Source: Macrostomum lignano
Lineage: Eukaryota
Length of the DNA stretch: 64,000 nucleotides
Assembly (NCBI GenBank): GCA_002269645.1
Contig: NIVC01000767.1
Location: 62,001 to 126,000 of the forward strand
Direction of reading: 5' to 3'
The notes under the pieces were generated by a model, which was given only the letters and a program-made list of their open reading frames with translations, was not told where the DNA came from and did not search any database. The translations under genes and the position numbers were made by a program. Positions 1 through 11,330 of this stretch are shown here, piece after piece (within the stretch, counting starts at the first letter, position 1; each line of letters begins with the position of its first letter).

Positions 1-99
1 ATTGACTAGCCTTGTAGTTGACTAGCTTGACATATATGCCGTCAATAAAAGTTTCTTAATTAAAAACAACATTTGGGATAAAACTTAAGAACCATACTC

Positions 100-760
100 C
101 CGATTTCGAAATGGAAGCTGCAGTATGGAGATTCTGAAAAGAAAGCTAGTGCAGATTACAGTCTGCAAGCTACAGATTCCAAATAAGAAGCTATGGATTC
201 CAATCATAAGCTTGAGGCAGAAGGCCTTTTACGAGCTAGTTTTAATAGATGGATAGAATGATTTTGTGCTGTTTTGCGCGTGTATTTATATTTACAAACA
301 GCGCGAGATTGAGGGGCCTAGGGAGGTGCGGAAAGGTGGCGTGGCATGATAGGCTACGCCAACCCCCCCCCCCCGGCTTAGCCTCAGCTAGACAGAGATT
401 GTGGGGTTTCCAGTGCGGCTGCACTGGTGCTGCCGGTCGCGTACAGTCTGACCGCCTGCCGCCACGAGCTACATATTTCAAATGGGAAGCTACGTATTCC
501 AACTTGGAAGCTACGTATTCCAACTTGGAAGCTACGTATTCCAACTTGGAAGCTACGTATTCCAACTTGGAAGCTATGGATTCCAGTCGGAAGCTATGGA
601 TTCCAGTCGGAAGCTACATATTCCAAACGGGAAGCTACATTTTCTAAATAGGAAGCTATGGATTCCAGTCGGAAGCTACATATTCCAAACGGGAAGCTAC
701 GTATTCCAAATAGGAAGCTACGGATTCCAGTCAGAAGCTACATGTTCCAAACAGAGTTGC
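100..760. repeat. Degenerate 21-bp GGAAGCTA-core minisatellite (purest at 482-580); related degenerate copy at ~1790-2000
   Basis: Unit GGAAGCTACGTATTCCAACTT repeated ~5x nearly perfectly, with degenerate units on both sides. Across unit junctions TTGGAA-N8-TTCCAA forms a 6-bp inverted repeat. Confidence 0.85.
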
Positions 761-890
761 CACCCCGGCGAATTTTAATCGCTGGGCGATTTTAAATAGC
801 TGAGCGATTTTTTGTAATATTCAGCAATTTTCAGCAATGTTTTATTCTTATGGGGTAGAATCCCCCCCCACAATTACCCCAGAATTACCC

Positions 891-1698
891 AGAATCGTGA
901 GATTCTGGGTGTAGGAATCGTGAGATTCTGGGGGTAAGAATCGTGAGATTCTGGGGGTAAGAATCGTGAGATTCTGGGGGTAAGAATCGTGAGATTCTGG
1001 GGGTAAGAATCGTGAGATTCTGGGGGTAAGAATCGTGAGATTCTGGGGGTAAGAATCGTGAGATTCTGGGGGTAAGAATCGTGAGATTCTGGGGGTAAGA
1101 ATCGTGAGATTCTGGGGGTAAGAATCGTGAGATTCTGGGGGTAAGAATCGTGAGATTCTGGGGTAAGAATCGTGAGATTCTGGGGGTAAGAATCGTGAGA
1201 TTCTGGGGGTAAGAATCGTGAGATTCTGGGGGTAAGAATCGTGAGATTCTGGGGGTAAGAATCGTGAGATTCTGGGGGTAAGAATCGTGAGATTCTGGGG
1301 GTAAGAATCGTGAGATTCTGGGGGTAAGAATCGTGAGATTCTGGGGGTAAGAATCGTGAGATTCTGGGGGTAAGAATCGTGAGATTCTGGGGGTAAGAAT
1401 CGTGAGATTCTGGGGGTAAGAATCGTGAGATTCTGGGGTAAGAATCGTGAGATTCTGGGGGTAAGAATCGTGAGATTCTGGGGGTAAGAATCGTGAGATT
1501 CTGGGGGTAAGAATCGTGAGATTCTGGGGTAAGAATCGTGAGATTCTGGGGGTAAGAATCGTGAGATTCTGGGGGTAAGAATCGTGAGATTCTGGGGGTA
1601 AGAATCGTGAGATTCTGGGGGTAAGAATCGTGAGATTCTGGGGGTAAGAATCGTGAGATTCTGGGGGTAAGAATCGTGAGTTTCTAGGATAAGAATCA
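891..1698. repeat. 23-bp minisatellite, ~35 units
   Basis: Unit GTAAGAATCGTGAGATTCTGGGG(G), with occasional 22-bp units. Each unit has an AGAATC-GTGA-GATTCT hairpin and a G5 run. ORF 848-1705 is a by-product. Confidence 0.95.
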
Positions 1699-2065
1699 TG
1701 CTCAAAACAAAGCCTTTTATTTCAAAGTTGCAGCGATTTTTTATTACATATGCGATTTTTGCAAGCCAAGAGTCGGTGGCAACATTGCTTCCAAACTGGA
1801 AGCTACATATTCCAAATAGGAAGCCATGGATTCTAGTCGGAAGCTACATATTCCAAACTGGAAGCTACGTGGAAGCTTCACGTAACTTGGAAGCTTCACA
1901 TTCCAAAAAGGAAGCTATGGATTCCAGTCATAAGCTACATATTCCAAACGGGAAGCTACATGTTCTAAATTGGAAGCTGCATATTCTAAATAGGAAGCTA
2001 TGTATTATAACCTATATTAATATTTAGCGCATAAGTGAATGTCCATCCACAATTTTCGCTCACAG

Positions 2066-2935
2066 GACGATCCGGTGAGGCATATATTTTCCAAGCACGA
2101 CAATCGCTACAGCTTTATCACAGACGCCACTTATTTGGATTTGGTGAGCAAAACTCTCGAGAACAATTACGCTTGTACTACCAAATGAATGGCTGGGTTT
2201 TTTCCGTCTGGTGTTGAATTTCAGGGTCCAGGTCCAGTTTCTAATATTGTCGTGCTCTTAATGCCTGAAGTTTGACCTCCAATGTCAAAAATAAACTAGC
2301 TCCTTGATTTTTATCCTAGATAAGTGCCGTTTTTCTTTTACCGCGAGTCGGGACTAGGGACTTAAACTTCTTTCCATTGCCAAATTCTGTGAGTCAGAAG
2401 CTCAGATCAGTGCGAATAAAAGACAACCAATGATTTATTTGTTTTCGGAACTCATTTCTTCAAGGGCGTCGGCAAGAAGCGGAAAGTGCCCGAGTCCCGT
2501 TGCAACCGCGTCACGGACGATCTCATCAGCTGGGCGCCGCAGATGCGCAACCTGAAGGAGGGCGCCGAGCCGGCCCTGTCAGCCTACAAGCAGGCCTTCA
2601 CTGCTGGCCGGCAGCCCGCTCAGCTGCTGGTGTCCCGGCCAAAGACGTCGTTTGACGAGGACGCGCAGGTCCGGCAGACAACCAGCTATCGGTGAGCGGA
2701 GCTCTGCCTCATCAATTCAACATGGTTGCCATGTAGACTAATGCCCCTGACGATGATTCCGGCTATAATAAATCCAACTAAATAGGATTTACAAAGTAGA
2801 CTCATGTATATTTTCCCAGCTCCATCAGCATACACGCGCAACCTTGGGAATCACTCGGCCGTTTCTATTGGCAACACACACATGTAAGTCGCTATTGGCT
2901 GAGAGCAGTCGACTACTATTCCGTCCAATAGCGAC

Positions 2936-3014
<79 letters not shown>

Positions 3015-3491
3015 GCCAATAGAAACAGCTGGGTGAATCCAGGTTGCGCCCAAGCATGTCCATCAGCATTACAATTACGACAGGTAGATTATTGCATTTT
3101 TTATCGCCGCAAACGATTATTATTACACCTCCGCCGTCTCTTAATTAGCTACGCCTTTGGCCCGGAGCTGTACAACCCCAACAAGACTGTCGTTGAGGCC
3201 ATTGGCCGGCCTGCTGTGCTCGCCCGACCCTGCGCTGTGAAGCCGAAGCCGCCAGCGGTCGGAGTTTCGCGCGCTCGCACCGCATGCGACGGCCGGCTAT
3301 CCGTAGCTGACTGCCTCACCTGGCAGCCGCACGGTCCGGAGTCCGCCTGCGCCGGCCTGCCCCGACGCCTCGACGGTGTTGAAGCTCCGCTGGGCCGTAG
3401 TTTCAGCCGGTTCGGCCCGCTGGTGCCGGAGGCGACGCCGACCTGTCTGCCCACCGCGGCTGACGCCTCCGCCGCCGCAGCCGCCGACTAG
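2066..3491 (+). CDS. CIMIP7: 3' exons of a CIMIP7/C3orf84-like ciliary microtubule inner protein (5' exon(s) not found in window)
   Basis: Exons 2066-2143, 2465-2691 and 3149-3491 join in frame through GT-AG introns (phases 0 and 2; 648 nt including stop). Peptide DDPVRHIFSKHDNRYSF...GVGKKRK...LISWAP...SVADCLTW matches motifs I recall from human C3orf84 (RHFFSKHDNRTSF, GIGRRK, LRWAP, VSECLNW). Not database-checked. Confidence 0.65.
2861..3026. mobile_element. Small foldback/MITE-like inverted repeat with a (TG)n expansion in one arm
   Basis: Left arm GTTTCTATTGGCAACACACACATGTAAGTCGCTATTGG (2861-2898) is the reverse complement of the right arm CCAATAGCGACTTACA(TG)n TTGCCAATAGAAAC (2925-3026), apart from the microsatellite length. 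Confidence 0.75.
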
Positions 3492-4329
3492 ACTGGTTGA
3501 TGGTTTCGCTCGCTTTTCACGATGCTCATTGCTATTTTTGTGATGTTTTCTAAGAATAAGAGAGATTATTGGATTATTACTTAACAAGCAATTCTTAACA
3601 AGCAAATCCTTGCTGGTTTGTCACAATTTATTGAAAAATATCTATTGGTAGCCTTAAACTACTAGTTTAGGTGGCAGTAGTATGTAAGTGAACACTTTCT
3701 TAAACCATACTATCCTTATGAGTATGTGTGTAACAGTAAGAAATTGTATATTCTAGTACTTGATTATGCTTTAATATTAAAATACTGATAGCGTAGCATA
3801 GCGCTCCTAGTTATTAGGCAGTTCGTTGCATTAGAATCCCATGCTATAATAATATTTATTATTGATGTATATTTTTCTTTTATACGTAGTAACCCTTTTA
3901 AAATTTAGGTTGCGAAATGAAAATTACAATAAATCTATTTATGTTATGTAACGCCTACATAAAGTTGTAATTAGTACGAGTATGAGTCGAAACCAAAATT
4001 TCTTGAAACTTTAATGCATTATATTGAATGCTTTTCTGTGGCAGAAACGGAACAATGGGTTGTGAAAATTTACTTGCGATCCTTTTTAGAATCACTGTCT
4101 ATTATGAAAGGTTCGCAATTTTCTTTCGTAAAAGTAGCTGACTTTCTGTGATACTAACAATTTTTCTTTCAAACCTTTGAAATTCGCCATGACTTTGATA
4201 TTTCTTTTTTATGGTTTATGTTTAAACCTATTAAAAAGTTTCACTTCATTTTAAAAGGAAAATCAGTGGTAACTGGTAGGCTGAACATGACTAAAATTAT
4301 CTAATTTAATCGACTACAGAATCCGATCA

Positions 4330-4620
4330 ATGACCGAAAAATGGGGTGGGTGGCTGACTGGTATCGATTTTCTCTCGTCGCTTTACCCAAAGTTCACGCG
4401 ACTCTTTCCTATCCCACCTGCCCCCTCTGTCAAGTTCACTAGAGTTAGACCAGTCCGAAAATGAGGCGGGCGACTGTTATCGATTTTCTAGCCGGCGCCC
4501 TCAACCCCCACCCCACGCAACCCTTTTCCTGCCTCCCCTCACTGCCTTGTTTATCAAGTTTACTAGAATTAGGCCAGACAGAAAACGAGGCGGGTGTCTG
4601 TTATCGATTTTCTAGGTTTA
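4330..4620. repeat. Degenerate ~125-bp tandem repeat (2-3 copies)
   Basis: Recurring blocks TCAAGTT(C/T)ACTAGA...CAG..CGAAAA.GAGGCGGG...TTATCGATTTTCT. Confidence 0.6.
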
Positions 4621-5334
4621 CTCTACTTTTCTACCCTAGCCACATCCATCTGATTTTGTCTGTTGCGGGATAGAAAGTTATTCTAAAAATGCCTACCACC
4701 CTTAAACTATCATTCGTAATCGTTGGATAATCTTTTCTAGTTTTTTTTACCTTTTTAGCTCCCGTTTTATTGTAGCACTGTCAACTGCTGATTATAAATA
4801 ACATATTGTTGCACGCTAAGGAAACTTTCTGCTACTTGTTTTGTAAAGCTTAATTTCAAAAAAGTATCTTTCAATCTGTTTTGAAAAGATCAAACTGTGC
4901 TCACAGATCTTCAATATTTTTTCTAGCAAATGTATTTGTACTCGACACAAAAGATCTGTCCACTGCTGTTTTTTATATACTTCGTAATAATTAATTTGCT
5001 TTTGCCAGCTTTTGTTGCTTTGAATCGTGTTTTTTACCCTCCGTCCACGTGTCGATATTATTCCATGGAGCCTGTCTTGGTCGCCACTTCCCTAACCCCA
5101 CTGCCACTTTTTTATCGTGCTCGTTGTTTCTGTTCTACGTCTACAATTTATTTGCCTTAGAGTTTTCCTATCGTTTACTAATAATCTCAATCTGTATCAC
5201 CGCACTGCTGCCTTATCTATTTTCTTTATTATATTTTGCTACTACTTTTAAATAAAGTTGCTATAACTTTCCTTTTGTCTACTTTTATATCAGCCTTATG
5301 TGAGTTTCTAATTTTTTTGCGAATCAAGCATTTC

Positions 5335-7710
5335 AAGAGGCATGAGAAAGGATTTCCTATCGAAATGAGGCATAAGAAAGGCTTTCCCATAGAAATGAGG
5401 CATAAGAAAGGATTTCCCATAACAACACAACAACAGAGTACGCTGCCAGATCACAAAAGCAGCGTCAGATGGCGCGCTTCAAAGCTTGGGCGCGAACAAA
5501 AGCCGCACCGCCGACAGAGTCCGGGGCGCCGGCGTCAGCCAGCAGACAGTCGACGTAGCGCCGAGTCCTCGCCTGTCCCCGCCGGTAGGGTGCCTGCAAC
5601 GTAAGTAGCAGCACCTCCTGCACCGGCTCCGGGCAGTAGGCCTCGGCGCGGATGACGTGGCCTGCCAGCTGGAGTCGCCGACGGCGCAGCAGATCGCTAG
5701 GACGGGCCAGGCCGGCGCGATGATAGAGCGCCGTGTTGGTGACTCGCTCGTTGCCGATCTTGAAGGCGGCGCGCAGCAGGCCAGCGTGCGCCGCGTCGAC
5801 TTGAGCCTCGAGCGAGTCTGTCAGCGTCCAGGTCTCGGCGTTGTATAACAGGACGGTCTCGATCACCGCCTGGAACAGCGCCGCCCTCTGGCGGTCCGGT
5901 AGGGCCTCGGACTGCAGGACTGACCTTATAGAACGAAAGGCAGCCCAAGCAAGTCCTCGGCGACGCCGCAGATCCTCGCGGACGTCGGAAACCTGACCGC
6001 CGAGGTAGACGAACTGCTGACATCTTGGAAGCTCACTCGCCTGTCCGTCAGCGCCTCGGCAGAAGATTGCAGCCTCGGTGTCGTCCGGCACGCATAGCAA
6101 GACGGTCTTCTGCGTGTTGACCACCAGGCCGACGCTCGCCGCAACGGCAACCAGCCTATCCAGCTGTCGTTGGGCGCCCTCGACGGTCGAGGACAGCAGG
6201 GCGAGGTCATCGGCGTAGCCAAGCACGCTGAGCCGTCTCTCCGGTTGGCGTCGACCCACGCGTCGCCGCAGCAGGAAGCCGTCGTCGTTGGAAGGCAGAG
6301 CAGTCCGTAGCACCCAGTCAAGCACCAGAATAAATAGGAACGGCGCTAGCGTATCTCCCTGGAGCACCCCGGAGGATGTCTCGAAGAAATCCGATAGGCC
6401 GTCCGGTGTTGAGACAGCAGCCGTCGTGCCGTGGTACAGCGCCATGACAGCAGAAATCAGCAGCTCTGGCACGTTGTACGCACGGAGCACCTCTGGGAGC
6501 GCGTCCCTCACGACCGAGTCGAAAGCCTTCCTGAAATCGACGAAGATCAGGATCAGGGTCAACTGGCGGATGCGCGCCTCCTCGATGACTCGTCGAAGAG
6601 CCAGGATCTGCGTCACTGTGCCGCGATGGGGCCGGAAACCGTTTTGCTCAGGCCGCAGGTACGGGTCCAGCACAGGCTGTAACCGCGATAGCAGCATGCG
6701 GTTGAACAGCTTCGCGGCGCAGGACTGTAGGCAGATGCCTCGATGCTCCTCGAGCTTGGTGGTGCCCGGCTTCTTTGGAATGGCGACGATGTGCGCCGTG
6801 GTCCATTCGTTTGGCGCCACCTCACCGAAAAGCACGCGGTTCATCACTCTGGCGACCTCAATGGCCACGCAGTGGATCCGCAGCGCCTCGGTGGGCACCT
6901 CGTCCGGACCAAGCGCTTTGCCGCCCGGCGACTGCCGAGCGAACTTCACAACGTCGGCTGTGCTGACTGGGGCAACATTGAAGCTCTCCTCCGCCGGCAA
7001 CGGCGTCTCCGGCGGCAGCCTCAGATTTTCTGGAAGCGGAGGGGGCGGCGCGTTGACAATGGCGGCGAAGAACTCGCGCAGCTCGTTCCTGCGCTCATCC
7101 GGAGTGTCGCCTGCCAGGTTGAGCGCGATGCGCCGCTTTCGCCCCGTCAGAGTGTTGATGGCGGACCAGGCCACGCGCCCTCTGGCATCGGGCCCTGCGG
7201 CAGAGACGGCTTGGATGGCGTCATCGACAGCGGACTGCTGCCGCTGCAGGTAGACAGCCGCCAGAGCCTCCTCCGCCTCGCGAGTTGGCCGCCCACTCAG
7301 ACGGAGCCTCTCCAGATCTTCCCTCGCTTGTCGATCGCGGGGTCGTCCTGCCAGACCGGCTGCCCGCGCTGGGCCGGTCGCATCAGCGGGACTGCTTGCT
7401 CCGCAGCGGCTCGAACTGCAGCGCTCACCTCCGCGTACTCGGCTCCACCACGCTTTAAATGAGGCATAAGAAGGATTTCCCGTAGAAACGAGGCATAAGA
7501 AGGATTTCCCGTAGAAACGAGGCATAAGAAAGGATTTCCCATAGAAATGAGGCATAAGGAGGATTTCCCGTAGAAATGAGGCACAAGAAAGGCTTTCCCA
7601 TAGAAATGAGGCATAAGAAAGGATTTCCCATAGAAATGAGGCATGAGAAAGGATTTCCCGTAGAAATGAGGCATAAGAAAGGGTTTCCCATAGAAATGAG
7701 GCATAAGAAT
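5335..7710. repeat. 30-bp minisatellite split by the RTE insertion (parts 5335-5421 and 7457-7710)
   Basis: Unit GAGGCATAAGAAAGGATTTCCCATAGAAAT on both sides of the LINE (~3 units left, ~8 right). Confidence 0.9.
5422..7456 (-). mobile_element. 5'-truncated RTE-clade non-LTR retrotransposon with uninterrupted reverse transcriptase frame (5465-7456)
   Basis: RT motifs EQNGFR, FVDFRKAFDS, GVLQGDTLAPFLF, YADDL, FVYLG and the RTE-type C-terminus LLYNAETWTL. 43-nt 3' UTR ending in a (TTG)-like tail. No APE endonuclease, consistent with 5' truncation. Confidence 0.92.
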
Positions 7711-7772
7711 AGATTCGCTCTAAGAAATCAGACACGAGCAGACCCACCCGCCCCCTGCCGCAGGTGTGGGCC

Positions 7773-9316
7773 ATGTCAAGAAGCGACTCGCCGCGGCCAG
7801 GCAGCGCGTTAGGCGGCGCGTCAAGCGTTTTAGCGGGCTCCGACACTGAGGGTTGGCTGGCGCGGACCCTGCAGCTGCTGGCCTCGAGCCGGCCCGACAG
7901 TGTTCAGCAGCTGCGCGAGCTCCTTGACCAGGCTATCGGTTCTGAGCAGGTGCCCGGTGGGTCAGCGGCGCAGCAGCAGCAGCAACACAGTGTCAGGAAC
8001 AGCAATAATGGCCAAGTTGTTGGCGAACCGGAAAAGAAAAAGGCTAAGATGACTAATTCCGAGAGTCGTTTGCGGCTTATTGACGTTTTTAGCGGCGATG
8101 GCGGGGGTAAGATTCAAGACTGTTATTGATTTCTTTTATTTGTCCCGGATCAAGAGGTATGTTCTGATTGGTCCCGGATTGAGAGTTCGGTTCTGATTGG
8201 TCCCGGATTAGAGTTCGGTTCTGATTGGTCCTGAACTGACAGTTCGGTTTTGATTGGTCTCGGATTGAGAGTTCGATTCTGATTGGTCCCGGATTGAGAG
8301 TTCGGTTCTGATTGGTCCCGGATTGAGAGTTCGGTTCTGATTGGTCCCGGATTGAGAGTTCGGTTCTGATTGGTCCCGGATTGAGAGTTCGGTTCTGATT
8401 GGTCCCGGATTGAGAGTTCGGTTCTGATTGGTCCCGGATTGAGAGTTCGGTTCTGATTGGTCCTGGATTGAGAGTTCGGTTCTGATTGGTCCCGGATTGA
8501 GAGTTCGGTTCTGATTGGTCCCGGAATCCGGATTGAGAGTTCGGTTCTGATTGGTCCCGGAATCCGGATTGAGAGTTCGGTTCTGATTGGTCCCGGATTG
8601 AGAGTTCGGTTCTTATTGGTCCCGGATTGAGAGTCCGGTTCTTATTGGTCCGGGATTGAGAGTCCGGTTCTGATTGGTCCCTGATTGAGAGTTCAGTTCT
8701 GATTGGTCCCTGATTGACAGATAAATTTTGATTGGTCCGAGGTGGATTTCGATTGGCCGATTAGAGGCAGTTGTGCTTAGATATATGATGAGGGAAGTCG
8801 CTACTCAATATCAATTTTTTGCTTTCGCCTGTCCTTCACTAACCAGCAGCGTCGGCAAGCGGCAGCCCGGACACCGGCAGCGGCTCTTTGTCCAAGTCGC
8901 GGTCCAGGCCGGAGCTGTCTAGCAGCGATCAGCTGTCCACTGCGCCGGCTTGGCAGTCCGACCCGGCGCACTGTTGCGTAAAGTGTCGCTCCAGCCGCGG
9001 TCAATTAGTGGACTGTTTCGACTGCAAAGACATGTACCACCTGGACTGTCACAATCCGCCAGTGTCTGAGAGTGAAGTCAGCGACCAGCGCAGCGTCTGG
9101 TACTGCCTGCGTTGCCGGCGAAAGGGCCGCCAATCTGCTGTAGCCGCCGATCTGCCCGTCAGGCCGCCGGCCGCCTCTTCAGGCGGATCGGCAGCTGCCG
9201 CAGCTGCCTCTTCAGCCGCAGCTAGCAGCGGTGGGCACAAGATTAAAGCGGCCGCCGCAGCCGCCGGGCCAGCCTCAGAGTTGGCGCCGGCTAAGAAGCG
9301 GCCAAAGCGAGACTGA
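7773..9316 (+). CDS. INTS12: Integrator complex subunit 12-like PHD-finger protein (~267 aa, 2 exons)
   Basis: Exon 1 7773-8106 (donor G|gtaaga, phase 1) and exon 2 8847-9316 (NAGNAG acceptor; 8850 is the alternative). N-terminal helix LARTLQLLASSRPDSVQQLRELLDQAI resembles the INTS12 N-terminus. C4HC3 PHD CVKC...QLVDCFDCKDMYHLDCHNPPVSESEVSDQRSVWYCLRC. Confidence 0.85.
8155..8745. repeat. 29-bp minisatellite in the INTS12-like intron, ~19 units
   Basis: Unit GATTGGTCCCGGATTGAGAGTTCGGTTCT. Confidence 0.95.
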
Positions 9317-9619
9317 CATGATACTGCTTTTAGAAATATTGGATTAGTTGCTGTTTTAGTGCAATTTATGTACAATTCGTCTTTATTAGTGGGAACTCAG
9401 ACAAAAGAAGATGCCGCCTCTAGACTGCTCTCTGTGTTGATGAAAGTTCAAGCCTTTAAATTTAGCTGAGAGGAATAAAGATTGCAGGAAAATTTGAAAA
9501 AACCCAAATCTACAATAGTGCGTGTGCGTAGCGAGCAAGAAAAAGGGTTGGCATCTCAGGCCCAGCCAGGCCGATAAACAGTTAAGCTTTCCTCTCGCCC
9601 GCTTGAGTCTGAATTTTGA

Positions 9620-9890
9620 CCTCTCTCCTCACTGCTCTCTCATTGGCTGAGCTAGATTGGGTCTAGGTTTGACTTTTGTCGGTGTAACTTAGACCTCTCT
9701 CCTTGCTGCTCTCTCATTGGCTGAGCTAGATTAGGTCTAGGCTTGACTTTCGTCGGTGTAACTTAGACCTCTCTCCTTGCTGCTCTCTCATTGGCTGAGC
9801 TAGATTGGGTCTAGGCTTGACTTTCGTCGGTGTAACTTAGACCTCTCTCCTTACTGCTCTCTCATTGGCTCAGCTACGAGCTAGATTGGT
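9620..9890. repeat. 74-bp tandem repeat, ~3.5 copies
   Basis: TTAGACCTCTCTCC... recurs at 9689, 9763 and 9837 (period 74). Confidence 0.9.
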
Positions 9891-10338
9891 CCCTCTTGCG
9901 TTCACTTATGTGCATCGAGTAAGGAAACCCCGAATAAGGAAAGGAAATTTTAAATTTCAGCTACAGCTGGAGGTGTGGGACTGACTCAGATGTGAATTTA
10001 CTGATCTCTGTAACTGAACTCACTCATCTCTCCAGCCAATTAAAAAAATAGTTTAATTAAAGTATTGAATGGTTGAAAGTGGTTATCAAATATACATATA
10101 ATTTGTACTATGATCGTATTGTTTTATTATGGTTTAGCATACTAACAACGCTTCACTTGAAAATGCATTGTTTAACGATGTTTTGGCAAATTTTACCATA
10201 TACTATGGTAAGAAACGAGGTTTTATTCGAAAAAAACAGTAGAAACCATACTAGCGATTAGCAATATACGTGTACTAGATGGTATTGCAATAATAACCAG
10301 TTCAAATTGTTACTACAAGCACTGCATGTTCTTGATCT

Positions 10339-11082
10339 CTACGTCTCCCTGATTTGGAACGTGCAATTCTCGAATTTTCCATTGAAATTCAGGAAGACCC
10401 TTGCTATTTTATCGCTGTCATCAGTAGTAATCTGCACAATCTCGGAAGTGTCTGAATTAGCAGTCCTGGCTCCACCGCTAGCTTCTGTTGCAATCACGGG
10501 CGCTATAGCCTCACTGTCAGCCTCGTCAGCAGCTTTGGCAGCTCCGTCGTTTGAAGCTTGACATCGGTATTCGCATTAGATGTACGTAGTTGCTAATGGT
10601 CGTTCCAGCGCTATACTTACGAAATCCGAAATGCGAGTTACCCGAATGCAATTATTAGCATACTTTTTAGACAAATCGCATACGTCACTTAGGTGACGCA
10701 TAAAATTAGCTACCCAATTAATGCCTCGAACTTGGTTGATAGAGAAACGCAGGTTGCCGCTTCCATCGTTTGCTAAGGGGTGTGGAAAAAAGGATGAATC
10801 CTTTGTGTTCTCAGGTAGGAGATTCGTTGCTGTCCATAGAGACGAGCTTGCTTTGCTATGTTGTTCTGAGCACGCGTCGGATCGGTCGATTGATTTTTTG
10901 TTGGCATATCCGGTAGGTTCAAATATGCTTGGCCATCAGCGTCTACTCCTTCTACCAAAGTACCCTTCTTCTTCAGATACTTCAGGTGCTCTTGGCCGCG
11001 TTCATCTAACCTATGGCTATAGAGTAACATAAATATCACTTCATCCTGAAGACGCTGCTCGCTCTGTTGTACTTCTGTCAAA
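10339..11082 (-). pseudogene. Crypton A tyrosine recombinase, C-terminal half (degenerate)
   Basis: Frameshifted segments RLQDEVIFMLLY..ERGQEHLKYL..DADGQAYL...TKNQ, then GINWVANFMRHLSDVCDLSKKYANNCIRVT (cf. Crypton/DUF3504 YTNHxIRAT), ending FNGKFENCTFQI-stop at 10339. Confidence 0.75.
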
Positions 11083-11087
11083 GTATC

Positions 11088-11291
11088 TGTTATGTCTTCT
11101 GTTTTTTAATGACAAATCAAATGAGCAAGTCTGGAACTTAAAATGTTAAGTATAAGGTATCACCCCCATGGACTGATTTATCTGGCCCACATACAAGACT
11201 GAGGACTGCGTCGGGGTGATACCTTATACGTACGTTGCGCTGGGAAGCAAATCATTTTGTTTATGGTTCGGCTTGGCTTATAGCCACAGCA
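11088..11291 (-). repeat. 3' LTR (204 bp)
   Basis: 11088-11149 and 11229-11291 match 17161-17222 and 17306-17368 with 3 mismatches in ~125 bp. The central 79 bp is replaced by an unrelated hairpin. Confidence 0.9.
11150..11229. mobile_element. 80-bp hairpin/MITE-like insert with perfect 17-bp terminal inverted repeats inside the 3' LTR
   Basis: GTATAAGGTATCACCCC (11150-11166) and GGGGTGATACCTTATAC (11213-11229). Absent from the 5' LTR. Confidence 0.8.
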
Positions 11292-11305
11292 TCCCCCCCC
11301 CTTTT
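11292..11305 (-). promoter_or_regulatory. Polypurine tract of the LTR element
   Basis: Minus strand AAAAGGGGGGGGGA immediately before the TG of the 3' LTR. Confidence 0.85.
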
Positions 11306-11330
11306 ATAAAAATAACGAACAGTTTAAGTC

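Noticed and set aside
891-1698. Telomeric or subtelomeric repeat
   Set aside because: The 23-bp unit is not TTAGGG-like and the array is internal, with unique sequence on both sides.
6288-7462. + strand ORFs of 321 and 239 aa
   Set aside because: Antisense shadows of the GC-rich RTE reading frame.
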